Position numbers and translations under genes: made by a program. Below the pieces are notes generated by a model. That model was given only the letters and a program-made list of their open reading frames with translations, had not been told where the DNA came from and did not search any database. This document shows, piece by piece, positions 61,680 through 64,000 of a stretch of 64,000 nt of DNA (the first letter of the stretch is position 1; every line of letters begins with the position of its first letter). Origin of the DNA: an uncultured Chloroflexia bacterium (lineage in GTDB: Bacteria; Chloroflexota; Limnocylindria; Limnocylindrales; CSP1-4); assembly GCA_963734535.1 (NCBI GenBank), contig CAVTHS010000011.1, positions 146,894-210,893 of the forward strand, read 5' to 3'.

Positions 61680-63499
61680 GCGACCTCCGCCGCGCTGAGC
61701 TGCGAGAGGACGATCTCCTGGTATGTCGGGCACGTCTCCATCAGCTCGGCATGGGTGCCGATCCCGACGACCGTGCCGTCATCCATGACCACGATCCGGT
61801 CGGCCTGCATGATCGTCCCGACGCGCTGGGCCACGATGATCACCGTGGCGGTGCCGAGCTCCCTGCGGAGCGCCGCCCGGAGCAGCGAGTCGGTCTTGAA
61901 GTCGAGCGCCGAGAAGCTGTCGTCGAAGATGTAGACCTCCGGCCGCTTCGCGAGCGCCCGCGCGATCGCAAGCCGCTGGCGCTGGCCGCCGGAGACGTTC
62001 GAGCCGCCCTGGGTGATCGGCGCCGCCAGGCCCTCGGGCATCTCCAGGACGAACTCGCGGGCCTGGGCGACGTCGAGCGCGTGGAGCACCTCGTCGTCGG
62101 TTGCGTCGGGATCGCCGTAGCGCACGTTGCTCGCGATCGTCCCGTTGAACAGGAACGCCTTCTGGGGGACGACGCCGACCTTCCGCCAGAGGTCCTCCTG
62201 CCGCATCTCGCGGACGTCCACGCCGTCCACCAGGACGCTGCCCGAGGTCACGTCGTAGAAGCGCGGGATCAGGTTGATCAGCGTCGACTTGCCGCTCCCG
62301 GTGCTCCCCACGATCGCCGTGGTCTCGCCGGGGCCGGCGGCGAACGAGATCCCCCGCAGGACCGGATCCTCGGCGCCGGGGTAGCGGAACTCGACGTCGC
62401 GGAACTCGACGAACCCGTGGGTCGCGCTGGGCGTCGCCGGCACGGCGGGATCCTCGACGGACGGCTCGGCCTCGAGGACCTCCTGGATCCGGCCCGCGGA
62501 GACGGCCGCCCGGGGGACCATGACGAACATGATCGTGGCCATCATCACGGACATCAGGATCTGCATGATGTACATGAGGAAGGCGGTCAGGTTCCCGATC
62601 TGCATGTCGCCGCTGTCGACGCGAATGCTGCCGAACCACATGATCGCGACGGCCGACAGGTTGAAGATCCCCATCAGCGTGGGGATCATGAGCGCGAAGA
62701 TCCGGTTCACGCTGAGGGCGGTCCGCGTCAGGTCGACGTTGGCGTCGTCGAAGCGCTTCGCCTCGTGATCGGTGCGCACGAAGGCCCGGATCACCCGGAC
62801 ACCGCTCAGCGTCTCGCGCACGACCTGGTTGATCCGGTCGATCTTCTTCTGCATGGCCATGAAGAGCGGCACGACCCGGGCCATCAGGAGCCCGATGACC
62901 AGGCCCATCAGCGGGACGATCACGACGATGAGGCCGGAGAGCGGGACGTCCTGGCGGAGGGCCATGATGATGCCGCCGACGGCCATGATCGGGGCCGAGA
63001 TCATCATGTTCAGGGCCATCGCGACGACCTGCTGCACCTGCTGCACGTCGTTGGTGTTGCGGGTGATGAGGGACGGCGTCCCGAACAGGTTCACCTCGGT
63101 CTGCGAGAAGTCCTGTACCTTCCCGAAGATCGCGCTCCGGACGTCGCGCCCGAACGCCATCGCCGTCTTCGAGCCCCAGTAGACCGAGACGATCGACGCG
63201 ATCGCGAGCAGCAGCGTCACGCCGAGCATGAAGCCGCCGGTCGACACGATGTAGGCGGTGTCGCCCTTGATGACGCCGTTGTTGATGATGTCGGCGTTCA
63301 GGTCCGGCAGGTACAGGTTCGCGATCGCCTGCACGAGCAGCAGGACCATCACGAAGGCGAGCGCCCGCCGGTACGGGCGCAGGAAGCGCGTCAGGAGCCT
63401 GGTCATCCGGTGCAGATCGGTCGCCCGGACGGGTGGGGAAAGGCGTGCTGGCGAGGCGCCTGCCGGCCCGGCCGCTGCGGGCGCAGCGGTGGCGGTCAC
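61676..63499 (-). CDS. ABC exporter subunit (degenerate-site half of a heterodimer)
   Basis: SLITRNTND, GSTGSGKST, VSGGQRQR, DDSFSALD and AQR. Confidence 0.92.
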   Translation of the reverse strand: MTATAAPAAAGPAGASPARLSPPVRATDLHRMTRLLTRFLRPYRRALAFVMVLLLVQAIANLYLPDLNADIINNGVIKGDTAYIVSTGGFMLGVTLLLAIASIVSVYWGSKTAMAFGRDVRSAIFGKVQDFSQTEVNLFGTPSLITRNTNDVQQVQQVVAMALNMMISAPIMAVGGIIMALRQDVPLSGLIVVIVPLMGLVIGLLMARVVPLFMAMQKKIDRINQVVRETLSGVRVIRAFVRTDHEAKRFDDANVDLTRTALSVNRIFALMIPTLMGIFNLSAVAIMWFGSIRVDSGDMQIGNLTAFLMYIMQILMSVMMATIMFVMVPRAAVSAGRIQEVLEAEPSVEDPAVPATPSATHGFVEFRDVEFRYPGAEDPVLRGISFAAGPGETTAIVGSTGSGKSTLINLIPRFYDVTSGSVLVDGVDVREMRQEDLWRKVGVVPQKAFLFNGTIASNVRYGDPDATDDEVLHALDVAQAREFVLEMPEGLAAPITQGGSNVSGGQRQRLAIARALAKRPEVYIFDDSFSALDFKTDSLLRAALRRELGTATVIIVAQRVGTIMQADRIVVMDDGTVVGIGTHAELMETCPTYQEIVLSQLSAAEVA

Positions 63500-63945
63500 G
63501 GCTGGTCCCCGATCGAACGCTCCGCGATCAGGCAGACCAGGCGGTGGAACTCGGCCAGCTCATCCGGCGCAAGGACGCCGAGGGCCCGGCGCGCCATCTC
63601 GATGCGCCGGCCGGACATCTCGTCGATCAGGCCGCGACCGACGTCCGTCAGGACGCAGTCGACGACCCTCCGATCGTCCGTGCGGTGCTGGCGCACGACC
63701 AGGCCATGCCGCTCCAGGCGGTCCACGATCCCCGACGCGGAGGCGACCGAGACCCCGAGCATCTCGGCGATCCGGCCCATCGGCAGCGGGGCCTCGTGCG
63801 CGATCAGGAAGAGGGTCCGGACCTGCGCAAGCGTCAGGTCCTGGGCCAGCCAGCCGGGAAGGCCCGGTCCGGGAGCGTGGAACGCGTGGGCCATGTCCGC
63901 GATGACGGTGGCGAGGCGATCGGGCGTGGCGACGGCGTTGGACAC
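63496..63945 (-). CDS. MarR family transcriptional regulator
   Basis: DLTLAQVRTL, SGIVDRLERHGLV and DRRV..LT..G; GTG 6 nt after TAGTAT. Confidence 0.9.
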   Translation of the reverse strand: MSNAVATPDRLATVIADMAHAFHAPGPGLPGWLAQDLTLAQVRTLFLIAHEAPLPMGRIAEMLGVSVASASGIVDRLERHGLVVRQHRTDDRRVVDCVLTDVGRGLIDEMSGRRIEMARRALGVLAPDELAEFHRLVCLIAERSIGDQP

Positions 63946-64000
63946 CCCGCGATACTACGCTGCAACCTAAAGTATTGTCAACAAGCCAAACGATCTACGA

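Noticed and set aside
58917-61733. ABC transporter-hydrolase fusion
   Set aside because: The ABC C-terminus (FYADLYNSQF) and stop at 59600 are in another frame, and the hydrolase has its own leaderless promoter.
1-64000. Long Arg/Pro/Gly-rich alternative-frame ORFs; CRISPR arrays; rRNA; prophage
   Set aside because: The shadow ORFs reflect scarce stop codons at high GC. No spaced repeat array, rRNA or phage genes were seen.

Overview
A very GC-rich (about 73%) bacterial chromosomal segment. Gene content suggests Chloroflexota or an Actinomycetota-like organism; this is inference only. Many conserved genes are split or fused by single-base indels, which looks like long-read consensus error rather than real decay. 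The window holds an ECF sigma/anti-sigma pair, cydAB, a WYL regulator next to an HD dNTPase-like gene, a polar amino-acid ABC transporter, a BldC-like HTH-4xGAF-GGDEF protein, a TPP-riboswitch thiamine-salvage operon (thiD-thiM-thiE-thiL-cytX), an IS110 element, bcp, a Rieske/cytochrome b operon, dapB-dapA-dapD-lysA, tRNA-Lys(TTT), DinB genes, a cyclase-STAND-TPR protein and a MarR-ABC exporter. Three observations stand out. (1) The IS110 left-end RNA has loops matching both junctions; the reconstructed target is a leaderless promoter (-10 box, 7 nt, ATG) and the IS right end gives the displaced bcp gene a Shine-Dalgarno site. (2) A leaderless leader peptide with tandem Lys codons plus terminator/antiterminator sits ahead of the lysine operon. 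(3) A b6f-type Rieske/cyt b operon is led by a GltD/DsrL-like NAD(P)H flavo-FeS protein whose stop overlaps the cyt b start, and includes a cytochrome c-cupredoxin fusion.
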